From Gammaproteobacteria bacterium (GTDB taxonomy: Bacteria; Pseudomonadota; Gammaproteobacteria; Eutrophobiales; Eutrophobiaceae), in NCBI GenBank assembly GCA_965243205.1, contig CBDEUK010000002.1, positions 928,001 through 992,000 on the forward strand: 64,000 nt of DNA, given 5' to 3'. A program made the position numbers and the translations under genes. This document shows, piece after piece, positions 33,046-42,760 of the stretch; position 1 is the first letter of the stretch, and each line of letters starts with the position of its first letter. The notes under the pieces are model-generated. The model was not told the DNA's origin. It did not search any database and was given only the letters and a program-made list of their open reading frames with translations.

Positions 33046-34059
33046 TTAGTCTAAAATTTTACAATAGCCACTGTCTAAACCAGCAATGTGCAAACGCTTG
33101 GTGCCTTCAGGACACGCTTTGCAATAACCTTTGTGTTTAAACTGACCTTTCTTACATTTCTTAAGATTGGCGAGCTTTCTGCCTTTTGCATACGTGTTTT
33201 TACCTTTGCGATTCACACAGGCTTTAGGATGATTCATTTTACGAGTAGCACTGGTTCTTTTCATGCCATCAGGACATGTATAGCAACCTTTAGATCCATT
33301 CACTTTTGAGTAATACAAACCTTTGCCTTTACATGAATAACGACTGAATGAAAGTGCTTCTACTTTTCTAGGTTCTTCTTCCTCTTCTTCATCGTAGAAT
33401 TCTTCATCTTCTTCCTCATCAAAATCTCCTTCTTCAAAGCCGCCATCTTCAAAATCATCCTCTTCGTCGTCCTCATACTCATCCTCGTATTCATCATCGT
33501 AATCATCTTCATACCCGTCATCGTCTCCGCCTTCATCCTCTTCGATATCTTCATCTTCTTCAGGATAAGAATCTTCACCCGCTTTTTCACTTTCAAAACT
33601 ATCCTGGTCATCCAGTCGAACAGGAGAGAATGTTAAATTAACTGGGCCAAGCAAACCTTGAATATTCACATTCATTGAACCGCTCGGTGTTAACTTCGCA
33701 GTAAAAGGTCCTACCAGTGGTAAGTCTTGACCAGCGTATTCACCTGGACCAGTTCGAACCCAATCTTTTGAAACCACCATCAATGGTCCAATTTTTAGTA
33801 CAAACATATGCAACCAAGAATCAACCGCATAAGCACGTCCTCTTTCGATGCGAATTCGTTTACGGATTTCATTGATCATCCACTCACCATCGATAGGCAA
33901 TTTGTCAGTCATTGGCACATCTGCCGCCATCGGTAAAAACGCTGGGATTTCTGGGATTCCGGTTGGGTTCGCTTGTACGTTTGGAACTGAAAAACCAATA
34001 ATCATGGCAATCATAGCCAACATCATTTTTATGTTCAGTTTAAGAGCGGTCTTATTCAT
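33046..34059 (-). CDS. Secreted protein: beta-rich N-domain, long D/E tract and Cys-rich domain
   Basis: Paralog of 30961-31953; first gene of the cluster. Confidence 0.85.
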   Translation of the reverse strand: MNKTALKLNIKMMLAMIAMIIGFSVPNVQANPTGIPEIPAFLPMAADVPMTDKLPIDGEWMINEIRKRIRIERGRAYAVDSWLHMFVLKIGPLMVVSKDWVRTGPGEYAGQDLPLVGPFTAKLTPSGSMNVNIQGLLGPVNLTFSPVRLDDQDSFESEKAGEDSYPEEDEDIEEDEGGDDDGYEDDYDDEYEDEYEDDEEDDFEDGGFEEGDFDEEEDEEFYDEEEEEEPRKVEALSFSRYSCKGKGLYYSKVNGSKGCYTCPDGMKRTSATRKMNHPKACVNRKGKNTYAKGRKLANLKKCKKGQFKHKGYCKACPEGTKRLHIAGLDSGYCKILD

Positions 34060-34102
34060 TTTATTCTCCGACTTTTTTTCTGTTTATATGCAAATTGAAT
34101 GT
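33501..34102. repeat. ~600-bp direct repeat, copy 2
   Basis: See 31395-31996. Confidence 0.9.
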
Positions 34103-34155
34103 TTTGGTTATTCAATTAATGTTAGCTATGTTAGAACTGACTGCATTTTATTGAT

Positions 34156-34173
34156 ATGGGGTAAGCACCCCAT
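34156..34173. promoter_or_regulatory. Palindrome ATGGGGT-N4-ACCCCAT upstream of the secreted-protein cluster
   Basis: ATGGGGTAAGCACCCCAT; a second copy lies at 35818-35835. Confidence 0.6.
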
Positions 34174-34238
34174 TTTTATAAAATTATAGTTATTACTTAA
34201 CCTTATATGAGACTGAGTCCAGTGAATACCCTATTCAT

Positions 34239-35744
34239 TTATGTTTCTTGTTTTAGCATCGAAACATAAATGGAAGTACCAACACCCTGTTTTGAACGTA
34301 GCTCAAATGGCAACTCTTGTGCCTCACACAGTGCTTGCACGATGCCTAAACCAAGACCTTCACCATCTGATCCCAGACCTTTTTCACCTTTAAGCAACAA
34401 TGTTGGTTGCACTGCATCAGCAATACCCAAACCATTGTCATGCACTTGAAAAATTACTCGATGACCCTTGCTACGAAAACCCACTAAGATTCGGCTGGCT
34501 TTCGCATGTTTAAGCGCATTACTAATGAGGTTGGTCATAATCCGCATGGTTGATAATGGTTCAACTAGAACCGTGTGTTTACCTGAAAAGAATCGTATTT
34601 GAATATTGTTTTGCTCTGCGTCGCTTTCAAACATTTTACGCAGAGCATTGATCAACATCGAGGTTGAAATAGTTTCAACGCCATCAGCAGAAGTTGGTGT
34701 TTCCGTATCAACTTCATCCGTCAAATATGACCTGGACAAACTATCGATATAATCCACTGCCAAGCTGAGTTTTTCAGCATCGTGTTTTTTATCATGCATT
34801 AATTTTTCAACCGCAAGACGTAATGCTGAGATAGGTTGTTTTAAATCATGAGAAACACTGGCCAGTTGATCTTGATGTCTAGCTGCAACATCAAGTGCTT
34901 TGTTGTAAGCTTGTTCAGATTCAAGCAACGCGAGTTTCATCTCTGCCTCGTTTTTTGCAGACTCAGCCGCTTGTAACTCAGCCATGTCTTTTTGTTGTTT
35001 ATTATTAAACGCTTGCCAAATAACGATCGTTAAAGAAAAGAAAGCAACTAGTAACAATATCACTCGATATAAATCATTAAAGTCATGCTGAGTCGTGTTT
35101 GTTAAAGAGGATAAATACCAATAACCAATCACAGTCACCAAAGCAACAACAATAGGGTACGTTCTGATAAACCATCGTAATTTCTGACTATAACTGTTCC
35201 ATGTTAACGGAGGTAGAAACTGACAAATCACCATGCCAATAAAAAGAATATTCGCTGGCATCCACATCTTAGCTAAAGAGATATTTCCTAACCAAAATAC
35301 AGTACTCATTGCAAACAACAGACTGATAACGGAAAGGATGAAAAACAGTTGTTTAAAGCGGGCTAAAAAATGCGGTAGTTTTATTTGTAAACCAATCACT
35401 AAATAACCATAACTAGAAATCAATGTTGTCAGTAAAAAAGGTAATACCCATAGAATAAAATCATTACTAACAATATTAGTTTTATTGGATGCAAAGTATG
35501 CGAGCGAACCATCGATGGATGATGCATGAATCACTAGTAATAGCGATAACAATACATAAAATAACCATTGAGTTTCTTTGTAGGCGAAAATAATAAGTGC
35601 CGCGAAAGCAATGCCACATAAAGCGAAGGTGTAAAAAATGTAGTCGACTGATTGTGGTACAAAGCTAGCCGTTAACGCAAAAGCATTACTGAAAAACAGC
35701 GGCAAACAAACAGTAATCAATTTACTATAGACATTAGCCCACAA
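34239..35744 (-). CDS. Multi-TM (about 7-8) sensor histidine kinase
   Basis: SVSHDLKQPISAL H-box, NLISNALKH, DNGLGI, GLGLGIV. Confidence 0.92.
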   Translation of the reverse strand: MWANVYSKLITVCLPLFFSNAFALTASFVPQSVDYIFYTFALCGIAFAALIIFAYKETQWLFYVLLSLLLVIHASSIDGSLAYFASNKTNIVSNDFILWVLPFLLTTLISSYGYLVIGLQIKLPHFLARFKQLFFILSVISLLFAMSTVFWLGNISLAKMWMPANILFIGMVICQFLPPLTWNSYSQKLRWFIRTYPIVVALVTVIGYWYLSSLTNTTQHDFNDLYRVILLLVAFFSLTIVIWQAFNNKQQKDMAELQAAESAKNEAEMKLALLESEQAYNKALDVAARHQDQLASVSHDLKQPISALRLAVEKLMHDKKHDAEKLSLAVDYIDSLSRSYLTDEVDTETPTSADGVETISTSMLINALRKMFESDAEQNNIQIRFFSGKHTVLVEPLSTMRIMTNLISNALKHAKASRILVGFRSKGHRVIFQVHDNGLGIADAVQPTLLLKGEKGLGSDGEGLGLGIVQALCEAQELPFELRSKQGVGTSIYVSMLKQET

Positions 35745-35815
35745 AACTCTCGAACCCCTTACTATTTATGATCTAACAAGCTTATGGGAAGTATTCTAAA
35801 AAAACACTTAGGTTT

Positions 35816-35837
35816 AAATGGGGTGAACACCCCATTT
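35816..35837. promoter_or_regulatory. Palindrome AAATGGGGTG-AA-CACCCCATTT upstream of the kinase
   Basis: Same arms as 34156-34173; lies just after the RR stop codon, so a hairpin role is not excluded. Confidence 0.55.
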
Positions 35838-35838
35838 A

Positions 35839-36486
35839 TTAAACACTTTCTAATAAGCCGTCTTTTAATGCTCTAGCCATTAATTCTGAAAATGAATGAA
35901 CCTCTAGTTTAGCCATCAAACTGGTTCGATGTTTATCAACTGTTTTAGGACTGATGCTAAGCATAGTCGCAATGTCTTTATTCGTCTTACCTGACATTAA
36001 CATATTTAAGATCTGTCGTTCACGATTGGTTAAACTCACTGCCTTTCGACCTTGTTCAATCATCTCAACAAACTCAGGTGCAATATAACGAGCCCCACGC
36101 ATTATCTTTGGTATTTGCTCAAACATCTCGTTAAGAGAAGCACTTTTACTAAACAAGCCATCAATGCCAGTTTCAACAATGCTTGCAACTAAACCTGGTG
36201 CGGTAATGCCCGTGAAGATAAGAATTTTCGTATCCGGACTCCAACGTCGAATATCATGAATAATTTCTGAGCCATTGGCTAATGGCATGGAGATATCAAG
36301 AAATAAAATGTTTGGCTTTTGCGACTTAACAAGCGCAATGGCGTCAATACCATTTTCAGCAATACCAACTAATTCAAATTGAATCGTATTAGCTTGCTCA
36401 AGATAATCACTAATAGCTCCACGAATCACTTCATGATCATCAGCAATCACCACGGTATAGATTGAGTCGGCACTTAACATCGTCAT
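35839..36486 (-). CDS. NarL/LuxR-family response regulator
   Basis: IADDH, LDISMP, LTNRERQIL...SISPKTVDKHR. Confidence 0.95.
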   Translation of the reverse strand: MTMLSADSIYTVVIADDHEVIRGAISDYLEQANTIQFELVGIAENGIDAIALVKSQKPNILFLDISMPLANGSEIIHDIRRWSPDTKILIFTGITAPGLVASIVETGIDGLFSKSASLNEMFEQIPKIMRGARYIAPEFVEMIEQGRKAVSLTNRERQILNMLMSGKTNKDIATMLSISPKTVDKHRTSLMAKLEVHSFSELMARALKDGLLESV

Positions 36487-36613
36487 ATATTGTTTAATTT
36501 TATAAACAGATTATCACGTTAAGTTTGGCAATTTACAAACTGTTACTATTTTGAAAAGGCTAGACGAGTTAATATACAGTCAATTGATGGGTTTCAAATA
36601 AAGGTAACTTCAA

Positions 36614-37747
36614 TTGACAGAATCAAACAGCGGTTTACACAAATCAGCGCAACGATTATTTGATCATGCAGGAGTAGTTTTCAATGGAGACAAGCCTTGG
36701 GATATACAGGTTCATAACCCTAAATTATACCGACGAATTCTAACGGGCGGTTCAATTGGTTTAGGTGAATCTTATATGGACGGCTGGTGGGATTGTGAAC
36801 AAATGGATGTCTTATTCGACAAAGTCATTGGTGCTCAACTCGCACAAAAAATAAAAGGCACTGCGCAGTTGGAAATCGTAGGTCGTTTAATTTTAGACTT
36901 TCTTTTTAACCGTCAATCAAAAGCAAGAGCGGTTCAGGTAGCCGATGCTCATTACAACCTCGGTAATGATCTATTCGAAAGAATGCTCGATAGCAGTATG
37001 AATTATAGTTGTGCTTATTGGAAAAATGCCGATTCCCTCGAGCAAGCACAAATCAATAAAATGGAATTAATCTGCCAAAAACTTAAATTAAGCGCTGGCA
37101 TGAAAGTGTTGGACATTGGTTGTGGTTGGGGTGGGCTAGCAAACTATATGGCTAAACACTATCAAGTAGAAGTCGATGGTTTAACCATATCCAAAGAACA
37201 ACAAGCGCTTGCAACGGAACGTAACCAAGGGCAACCTGTTAACATTCGTTTGCAAGACTATCGAGATATGAATGGTCAATATGATCGTATTGTTTCGGTA
37301 GGCATGTTTGAACACGTCGGCCAAAAAAATTACTCAACCTATTTTAATAAAGCCAGCGAACTACTCAGCAAAGAAGGTTTATTTTTACTGCATACCATTG
37401 GCTCTGAAGTCACATCAACCACAACTGATGGTTTCATTCAAAAATATATTTTCCCTAATGGCATCATCCCTACTCGTGGTGAAATCACCAAAACCAGTGA
37501 AGATATTCTTAGACTGGAAGACTGGCATAACTTCGGCCCCTATTATGATCTTACCTTAATGGCATGGTTAGAAAATTTTGAAGCCGCATGGTCAGAACTT
37601 AAGAAAGATTACAGTGAACGTTTCTACCGTATGTGGCGCTATTACTTATGTTGCTCTGCTGGTTATTTCCGCTGTCGCGAAGGACAACTCTGGCAACTCG
37701 TTTTTGCACATCCAGAAAACCGTTCACACTACGATAGTGTAAGATAG
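36614..37747 (+). CDS. cfa: Cyclopropane-fatty-acyl-phospholipid synthase
   Basis: GLGESYMDGWW, HYNLGNDLF, VLDIGCGWG, SVGMFEHVG, RMWRYYL. Confidence 0.95.
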   Translation: MTESNSGLHKSAQRLFDHAGVVFNGDKPWDIQVHNPKLYRRILTGGSIGLGESYMDGWWDCEQMDVLFDKVIGAQLAQKIKGTAQLEIVGRLILDFLFNRQSKARAVQVADAHYNLGNDLFERMLDSSMNYSCAYWKNADSLEQAQINKMELICQKLKLSAGMKVLDIGCGWGGLANYMAKHYQVEVDGLTISKEQQALATERNQGQPVNIRLQDYRDMNGQYDRIVSVGMFEHVGQKNYSTYFNKASELLSKEGLFLLHTIGSEVTSTTTDGFIQKYIFPNGIIPTRGEITKTSEDILRLEDWHNFGPYYDLTLMAWLENFEAAWSELKKDYSERFYRMWRYYLCCSAGYFRCREGQLWQLVFAHPENRSHYDSVR

Positions 37748-37830
37748 AATAACTATAAGAATGGGTTTACAAAGCTTTACCAAATATCACTAACTTTTTT
37801 AAGCTTACTTTAAATTTTTAATTTATTCTT

Positions 37831-39342
37831 TTAGTTAATATTTAATTTTTGCAATACATCTTTTATAGGTATTAGATTATTTATATTCGTAGAGCCACCG
37901 CCTCTAGTAACGTATCCAGAAACTGTAATACCGATAACATTTCCATATTCATTAAACACTGGCCCACCTGAATTCCCGGGATTCACTGCTGCATCCGTTT
38001 GTAGATAATCAAGGCTTTCTAATTCTCTTTTTGCAGAGATAATTCCTTTGCTAATAGAAAAATCAAGTTGCTCATCAAGTGGGGTTCCAACAACATAGAT
38101 AGTTTCGCCAAGTTCAACTGGATTTTTTTCAATATCAACAATAGACATGTCATAGTTATCTTTAATTTTAAGTAGTGCAACATCACGCATTTTATCTTTA
38201 TATAAAATTTCAGCTTTAAACTTCTTACTGTTGATAATCAATATCGCTTCAGAACTACCAGAGACAACATGTTCATTGGTAACGACATATCCATTTTTAT
38301 CAATTACCAAACCACTGCCATGGCCATTTTTTGTCCTAACAGTTGCGGTTGCATTACGAATATTTTTAATTTTCTCATTAAATTTTTTCTCTGAGCTACC
38401 ATATTGAATATTAACAATATAATTTGTTATAGATTTTTTATCTTTTTCATTTTTAACCGTATTAGAATTAAATAACTCTACAAACTTTTTATTTGATAAA
38501 AGCTCCTCTATTGCATGATGAAAAGCCAGGCTTACGCTAAGAATAGTACCTTGAGATCTGGGCGGCTTTTTAAAGCCTAAATCTGTACCTTTTGATTCAC
38601 CTTTAAAAACTATTTCTCTTGATAAATTATCGAAAACTTCCCATTTCACATTTATAAAAGTTGAGTTTTGAGTATAGCTCTTTAGACTAATAGCATTTGC
38701 TTTACCACAATATTCTAAACGAATCTCTGTTATCTCAGCGGCTAAACTTAAGTCACTATTGCTAGTATCTTGCATAGCAAACTTCTTATTCTCTGCGCCT
38801 ATCGTCTGATATCCATTTTTATTAAATGATTTTTGAAAAGGTTCTTGGAAATCTGTCGATTTAATAATCGTTTTAGCATTTGATAAATTTAATTCACCAT
38901 CGGGCAAACAAGCAAAGGGGCTGGTAAGAACTTTCTCATTTTTATATAAGTTTCTAATCTTTTTTTCATCATTTTTTGAATATTTAAATGCTTTGCCAAC
39001 TATAGGATTTTCACCAAGTCCTAACCCACCAATTTCTAAAGAAACATGCTCAAGACTTATTGATTTAGAAGAATCGGAAACATTTTTAATTGGTTTTGGT
39101 TTGGGAAGCAACGGAATTGATTTTGCATTTGAAGAACGATTATTATTTTTAATATCGACTTTATTAGTTTGTTTCTTTTTTGAAGAAGGCGGCTTATCAG
39201 AAAAATGAACTTTGCCATTCTCATCAACCCATTTATAAACTTCAGCTTTTGTAGTGAATGAGAAAAAAATGAAGCACAATACGGGAGTCGTTACGAAATA
39301 ATAAAGATACTTATTATCCATAATAGAAAAAAACCTTATCAT
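37831..39342 (-). CDS. DUF4124 + trypsin-like (S1C) serine protease
   Basis: VYKWVDENGKVHFSDKPP; TNEHVV, DVALLK, NPGNSGGP. Confidence 0.9.
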   Translation of the reverse strand: MIRFFSIMDNKYLYYFVTTPVLCFIFFSFTTKAEVYKWVDENGKVHFSDKPPSSKKKQTNKVDIKNNNRSSNAKSIPLLPKPKPIKNVSDSSKSISLEHVSLEIGGLGLGENPIVGKAFKYSKNDEKKIRNLYKNEKVLTSPFACLPDGELNLSNAKTIIKSTDFQEPFQKSFNKNGYQTIGAENKKFAMQDTSNSDLSLAAEITEIRLEYCGKANAISLKSYTQNSTFINVKWEVFDNLSREIVFKGESKGTDLGFKKPPRSQGTILSVSLAFHHAIEELLSNKKFVELFNSNTVKNEKDKKSITNYIVNIQYGSSEKKFNEKIKNIRNATATVRTKNGHGSGLVIDKNGYVVTNEHVVSGSSEAILIINSKKFKAEILYKDKMRDVALLKIKDNYDMSIVDIEKNPVELGETIYVVGTPLDEQLDFSISKGIISAKRELESLDYLQTDAAVNPGNSGGPVFNEYGNVIGITVSGYVTRGGGSTNINNLIPIKDVLQKLNIN

Positions 39343-39397
39343 GATTAAAAAGAATAATTATAGGCTGATTTCATGCCAATATGCACTATTTCTATAA

Positions 39398-39426
39398 AAA
39401 TTAAAGCGCTATGTCCTCTTTAATTT
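39398..39426. repeat. REP-like site A
   Basis: AAATTAAAG-CGCTATGTCCT-CTTTAATTT. Confidence 0.6.
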
Positions 39427-39570
39427 CTGATTTTTTTAACTACTTAGTTCTTGAGATAATATATTTTTTTAAGCGGTATATGATTTGGGTAAGGAGTAAA
39501 GAATTTTCATATGAAACTTGGATTCAAACTATCAAGAAAAGATTTTAAGAAAGCGAAAAAATAATATTGA

Positions 39571-39593
39571 AAAGAGCTCAGCCCCCTTTAATT
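39571..39593. repeat. REP-like site B (contains the stop codon of 39588-40406)
   Basis: AAAG-AGCTCAGCCCC-CTTTAATT. Confidence 0.65.
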
Positions 39594-40406
39594 ATTATTA
39601 CTAACTACTGATTTTCTAATAAACACTAGCAACATTGCCAACACCACTAAATATATGGCTGGAATAGGGATCTGTTCTACTTCTGGTTCTGGTTCTGGTT
39701 CTGGAATTTCAATTGAGAACTGGCTGCTGAGTGTTGTATTAATCTGATTTTGAGTCAGACGTTCACCTGGGTTAGCTGTGCCAGACGCGGACATCAGGTT
39801 CTGCAGTTCACTCGGTGGATGCGGTAAACCAAGGTTATGCCCAATCTCATGAGCAACCACACTGGCAATGACTTCCCGACCACCTACAAAGCCCAGTAAA
39901 TTCGCACCTACGTATTGTGTAATGCCATTGCCACCTATAGAAGCGAGACCCGCTGCGGAATTGGCGGACAATAAAGGAAACCCTGCAGCAATTCGTACGA
40001 AGAACATATTAATGACTGTAGGATCCGAATGGGTAATGCCTGCCGCTTGAGCATCAAGCCGAATGATTGATAGCTCACTGGTTGAACGAGAATTGCCGTT
40101 ATTGTTCGGTGGTCCACCTGCCCCCCAGTTCGCAAACGTATTATTCCAACTGACTGGCGTAAGAAACTCCACATCAATACCCGCCTGTGCCCAAACAATA
40201 TCAACAAACTGTTCTATCTCTTCCTGTTGTGCAGAATTGCCAAAATAAGTTGCCGTGTTAGCGCCATTGTCATCGGAAAGAATGATCGGCTGAACTCTAA
40301 CAGTGTGAGTAATTGGCTGTGGCGGATTCGTGATTAATGCCGCGTAAACAATTAGCGGCACTACTAATAGAACAGGTAAGAAAGGCAATAAACGATGAAA
40401 CGACAT
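39588..40406 (-). CDS. Secreted metzincin-type zinc metalloprotease with C-terminal sorting tail
   Basis: HEIGHNLGLPH plus NLM Met-turn; PEPEPEPE linker, then IPIPAIYLVVLAMLLVFIRK. Confidence 0.88.
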   Translation of the reverse strand: MSFHRLLPFLPVLLVVPLIVYAALITNPPQPITHTVRVQPIILSDDNGANTATYFGNSAQQEEIEQFVDIVWAQAGIDVEFLTPVSWNNTFANWGAGGPPNNNGNSRSTSELSIIRLDAQAAGITHSDPTVINMFFVRIAAGFPLLSANSAAGLASIGGNGITQYVGANLLGFVGGREVIASVVAHEIGHNLGLPHPPSELQNLMSASGTANPGERLTQNQINTTLSSQFSIEIPEPEPEPEVEQIPIPAIYLVVLAMLLVFIRKSVVSNNN

Positions 40407-40422
40407 ATCGGTTACCCGCTTG

Positions 40423-40800
40423 TTATGGGCAGACCATGTCAGTCACTTTCATGACAATGACATTCGATTCTGAGTTATAGCTATTCTGATCGAGTGTGAG
40501 TTCACCCATATAGATATCATCACATTCAGGCTCTGTTTGACTTTGCTTTGAGGCAGTAGCTTGAATCGTCACCGTCTCAGATACAGGTTCACTGATTTGC
40601 CATTCACTGCAATCATCGTTCATGCAGCTTAGATAATGCTTCTTTTGAGGTGCTGCCGTCTGAAAACAACGAAGCATTTCAATATCAATAGCCTCACCTT
40701 GTTCATCGACTGCTTTGGCAGTCAAACTGTAAGTCGGTTCAGCAGAAGCTTGTGCGCTAAAGATAAGACATAAAATAGAGGCAATAATGAGATGTCGCAT
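40423..40800 (-). CDS. Secreted hypothetical protein with several Cys (start probably 40800)
   Basis: MRHLIIASILCLIFSAQASA signal peptide; GGAG RBS before 40800. Confidence 0.7.
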   Translation of the reverse strand: MRHLIIASILCLIFSAQASAEPTYSLTAKAVDEQGEAIDIEMLRCFQTAAPQKKHYLSCMNDDCSEWQISEPVSETVTIQATASKQSQTEPECDDIYMGELTLDQNSYNSESNVIVMKVTDMVCP

Positions 40801-40951
40801 CAAGATGCTCCGTCGAGTGTTTATTTGGCAAAAAATTATCGTAACCATCAATAAAAAACAAGCAGATAACTTTTAGAATGTGATGAGGTTCAGTGTTATG
40901 TTCTAGACGATGAAATCAGGCAATTTATGATATTCCTTTATTGATTTAACT

Positions 40952-41932
40952 TTATTTATCTCTAGATTGTTCAGCCATTATCCTGTCAATATTAGATATT
41001 TGAGCTTCATTTTTTAGCTCGACAAAGAGTTTTCTTGCAGTCTCTAATGTATTATTCGATTCGCTAATCAATCCTTTCTCTCTTAGTATCAAACCTATCG
41101 TTAAATATTCTGTGGCGATTGCTGGTTTATCTTTATAGTCAAAATAAATATCCAGAGCCAGTTTGGAAAATTTTTCAGCTTGATCAAATTTTTTCTGTTT
41201 TAAATATAATTTCCCTAAGCCCGTATAATTAAGTGCTAATCGATGACTGTAGTTAGTTTTTATATTGAGTTCGGCACTATCAAGATAATTTTTTTCAGCT
41301 GAATCCTCATCACCTTCTTTTGCATCTATCATTGCAAAATTGTGATACAAGGATGCTATACCACTTTCATCGTTAATTTCTTTATAATATTTCATTCCAT
41401 TTTCATAGCTTTCTCTCGCTTTATTGAGTTTAACCAAACTATGATAAAGATTTCCAAGGTCATGATAATCCGAAGCAAGTTCTAACGCTGAGTGATTGTT
41501 TTTATCATTACTTATATTTTTTAAAAATAGTGCTTCAGATTTATCTATCTGATGAAGTTCTCTATAGATATTGGCTAGTTTGCGATATCGACTTCTTTGA
41601 TGCTTATGTAATCCAGCCTTATCACTAACATCAATTGCTTTTGTGTAATATTTTCTCGCTTCTTCAAACTGACTTAAATGGTAGTAAATGTCACCAATAT
41701 TATCCAAAGCATGAATTTTGTAGTCAGGAAATTGATCTGACATTTCAAGTAATTTAAATCTGGCTTTTAATCCTTCATTTAATTTATTTTGATTAAGCAA
41801 ATCTGTCCCAAAAATATCCATTTCTTCTAATTTAGATAATCCTGAATTATTGCTTTCAATCTCTGAATTTGCAGATGCACCAAAGCATCCTAAAATTGAG
41901 ATAATAATAAATACAAAAAGGATATCTCTCAT
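40952..41932 (-). CDS. Exported tetratricopeptide repeat protein
   Basis: Repeated NIGDIY/DLGNLY/GLGKLY...A.....AL TPRs; N-terminal hydrophobic signal. Confidence 0.88.
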   Translation of the reverse strand: MRDILFVFIIISILGCFGASANSEIESNNSGLSKLEEMDIFGTDLLNQNKLNEGLKARFKLLEMSDQFPDYKIHALDNIGDIYYHLSQFEEARKYYTKAIDVSDKAGLHKHQRSRYRKLANIYRELHQIDKSEALFLKNISNDKNNHSALELASDYHDLGNLYHSLVKLNKARESYENGMKYYKEINDESGIASLYHNFAMIDAKEGDEDSAEKNYLDSAELNIKTNYSHRLALNYTGLGKLYLKQKKFDQAEKFSKLALDIYFDYKDKPAIATEYLTIGLILREKGLISESNNTLETARKLFVELKNEAQISNIDRIMAEQSRDK

Positions 41933-41991
41933 TTCATTTTCTGAATTTTATTTATCGTTTTCAAAATGAAAAAAATAGTTACACTAAATAA

Positions 41992-42600
41992 TTAACCAGA
42001 AGTAGCTACCCTTAGGATGTAACTAATGCCTTCATCAAATAATTTTTTGATTCTAGTTGTATATTCTTTATTTTCAGATGGAAAATTTAAGAATTTCAAA
42101 TCTGAATAAACAAATTCACCCGTATAATCAAAAGCTTTACCATTGACTGTGCCTGTTAATTTTAAGCGAAAAAAATCTCCTGCTGCTAAACCAGGAATTC
42201 GATAGGTAACTGGGCCACTTGAAACAGATGCAACTGCCGCAGCAGTCGCGATAGCAGCAGCTTGTTTTGCACTATCATCACAATACTCAACGGTTTCGTA
42301 TGTATTTATTTTAATTTCGAATGTCTGATTGGATTCAGAATCACTCGCTATTCTATTTTTTAAATAACTTAATTTTGTTGGCGCAATAAAATCATCTCCA
42401 TACCATCTAGAGCAGGTCGGAAATTCGCCAAAATAAGTGGTTTTCGATTCTTCAGCCCTATTATCAATAATACTAATATTATTTATATCAGCTCCTAACT
42501 CCCCTTTATCCATAAGTGTTACTTTTTGTGAATAAGCACAAGCACTGATAAAAGAAATTAATACTATTAAGGTAAAAATATTCTTCATTTGGCCCTCCAA
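41992..42600 (-). CDS. Hypothetical lipoprotein (start probably MKNIF at 42588)
   Basis: Lipobox ISAC; IIDNR strand; Ala-rich segment. Confidence 0.72.
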   Translation of the reverse strand: MEGQMKNIFTLIVLISFISACAYSQKVTLMDKGELGADINNISIIDNRAEESKTTYFGEFPTCSRWYGDDFIAPTKLSYLKNRIASDSESNQTFEIKINTYETVEYCDDSAKQAAAIATAAAVASVSSGPVTYRIPGLAAGDFFRLKLTGTVNGKAFDYTGEFVYSDLKFLNFPSENKEYTTRIKKLFDEGISYILRVATSG

Positions 42601-42633
42601 TTTAATTTTTTAAATTGTAATTATTTTATCCTT

Positions 42634-42660
42634 TTAAAAAGGCTTTGACTCCTTTAATTT
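42634..42660. repeat. REP-like site C
   Basis: TTAAAAA-GGCTTTGACTC-CTTTAATTT. Confidence 0.6.
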
Positions 42661-42760
42661 TAGTTCTAACAGGTTGATCTAAATATTAATATATGGAAAC
42701 ATATTAATGTTGATAAGTTGTATTTATAAATAATTAACTCTCAAAAGAAGGGATTTTCTC

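Noticed and set aside
31320-33560. Periodic TCA/TCG/TCT trinucleotide runs that look like a repeat array
   Set aside because: They are Asp/Glu codons of the acidic linkers. There is no constant repeat-spacer structure and no cas gene, so this is not CRISPR.
31742-34189. Two near-identical antisense ORFs (31742-32008 and 33848-34189)
   Set aside because: Their similarity is fully explained by the 600-bp repeat of the minus-strand genes.
39681-39704. (TTCTGG)4 tandem repeat
   Set aside because: In-frame hexamer encoding the PEPEPEPE linker; slippage would not shift the frame.
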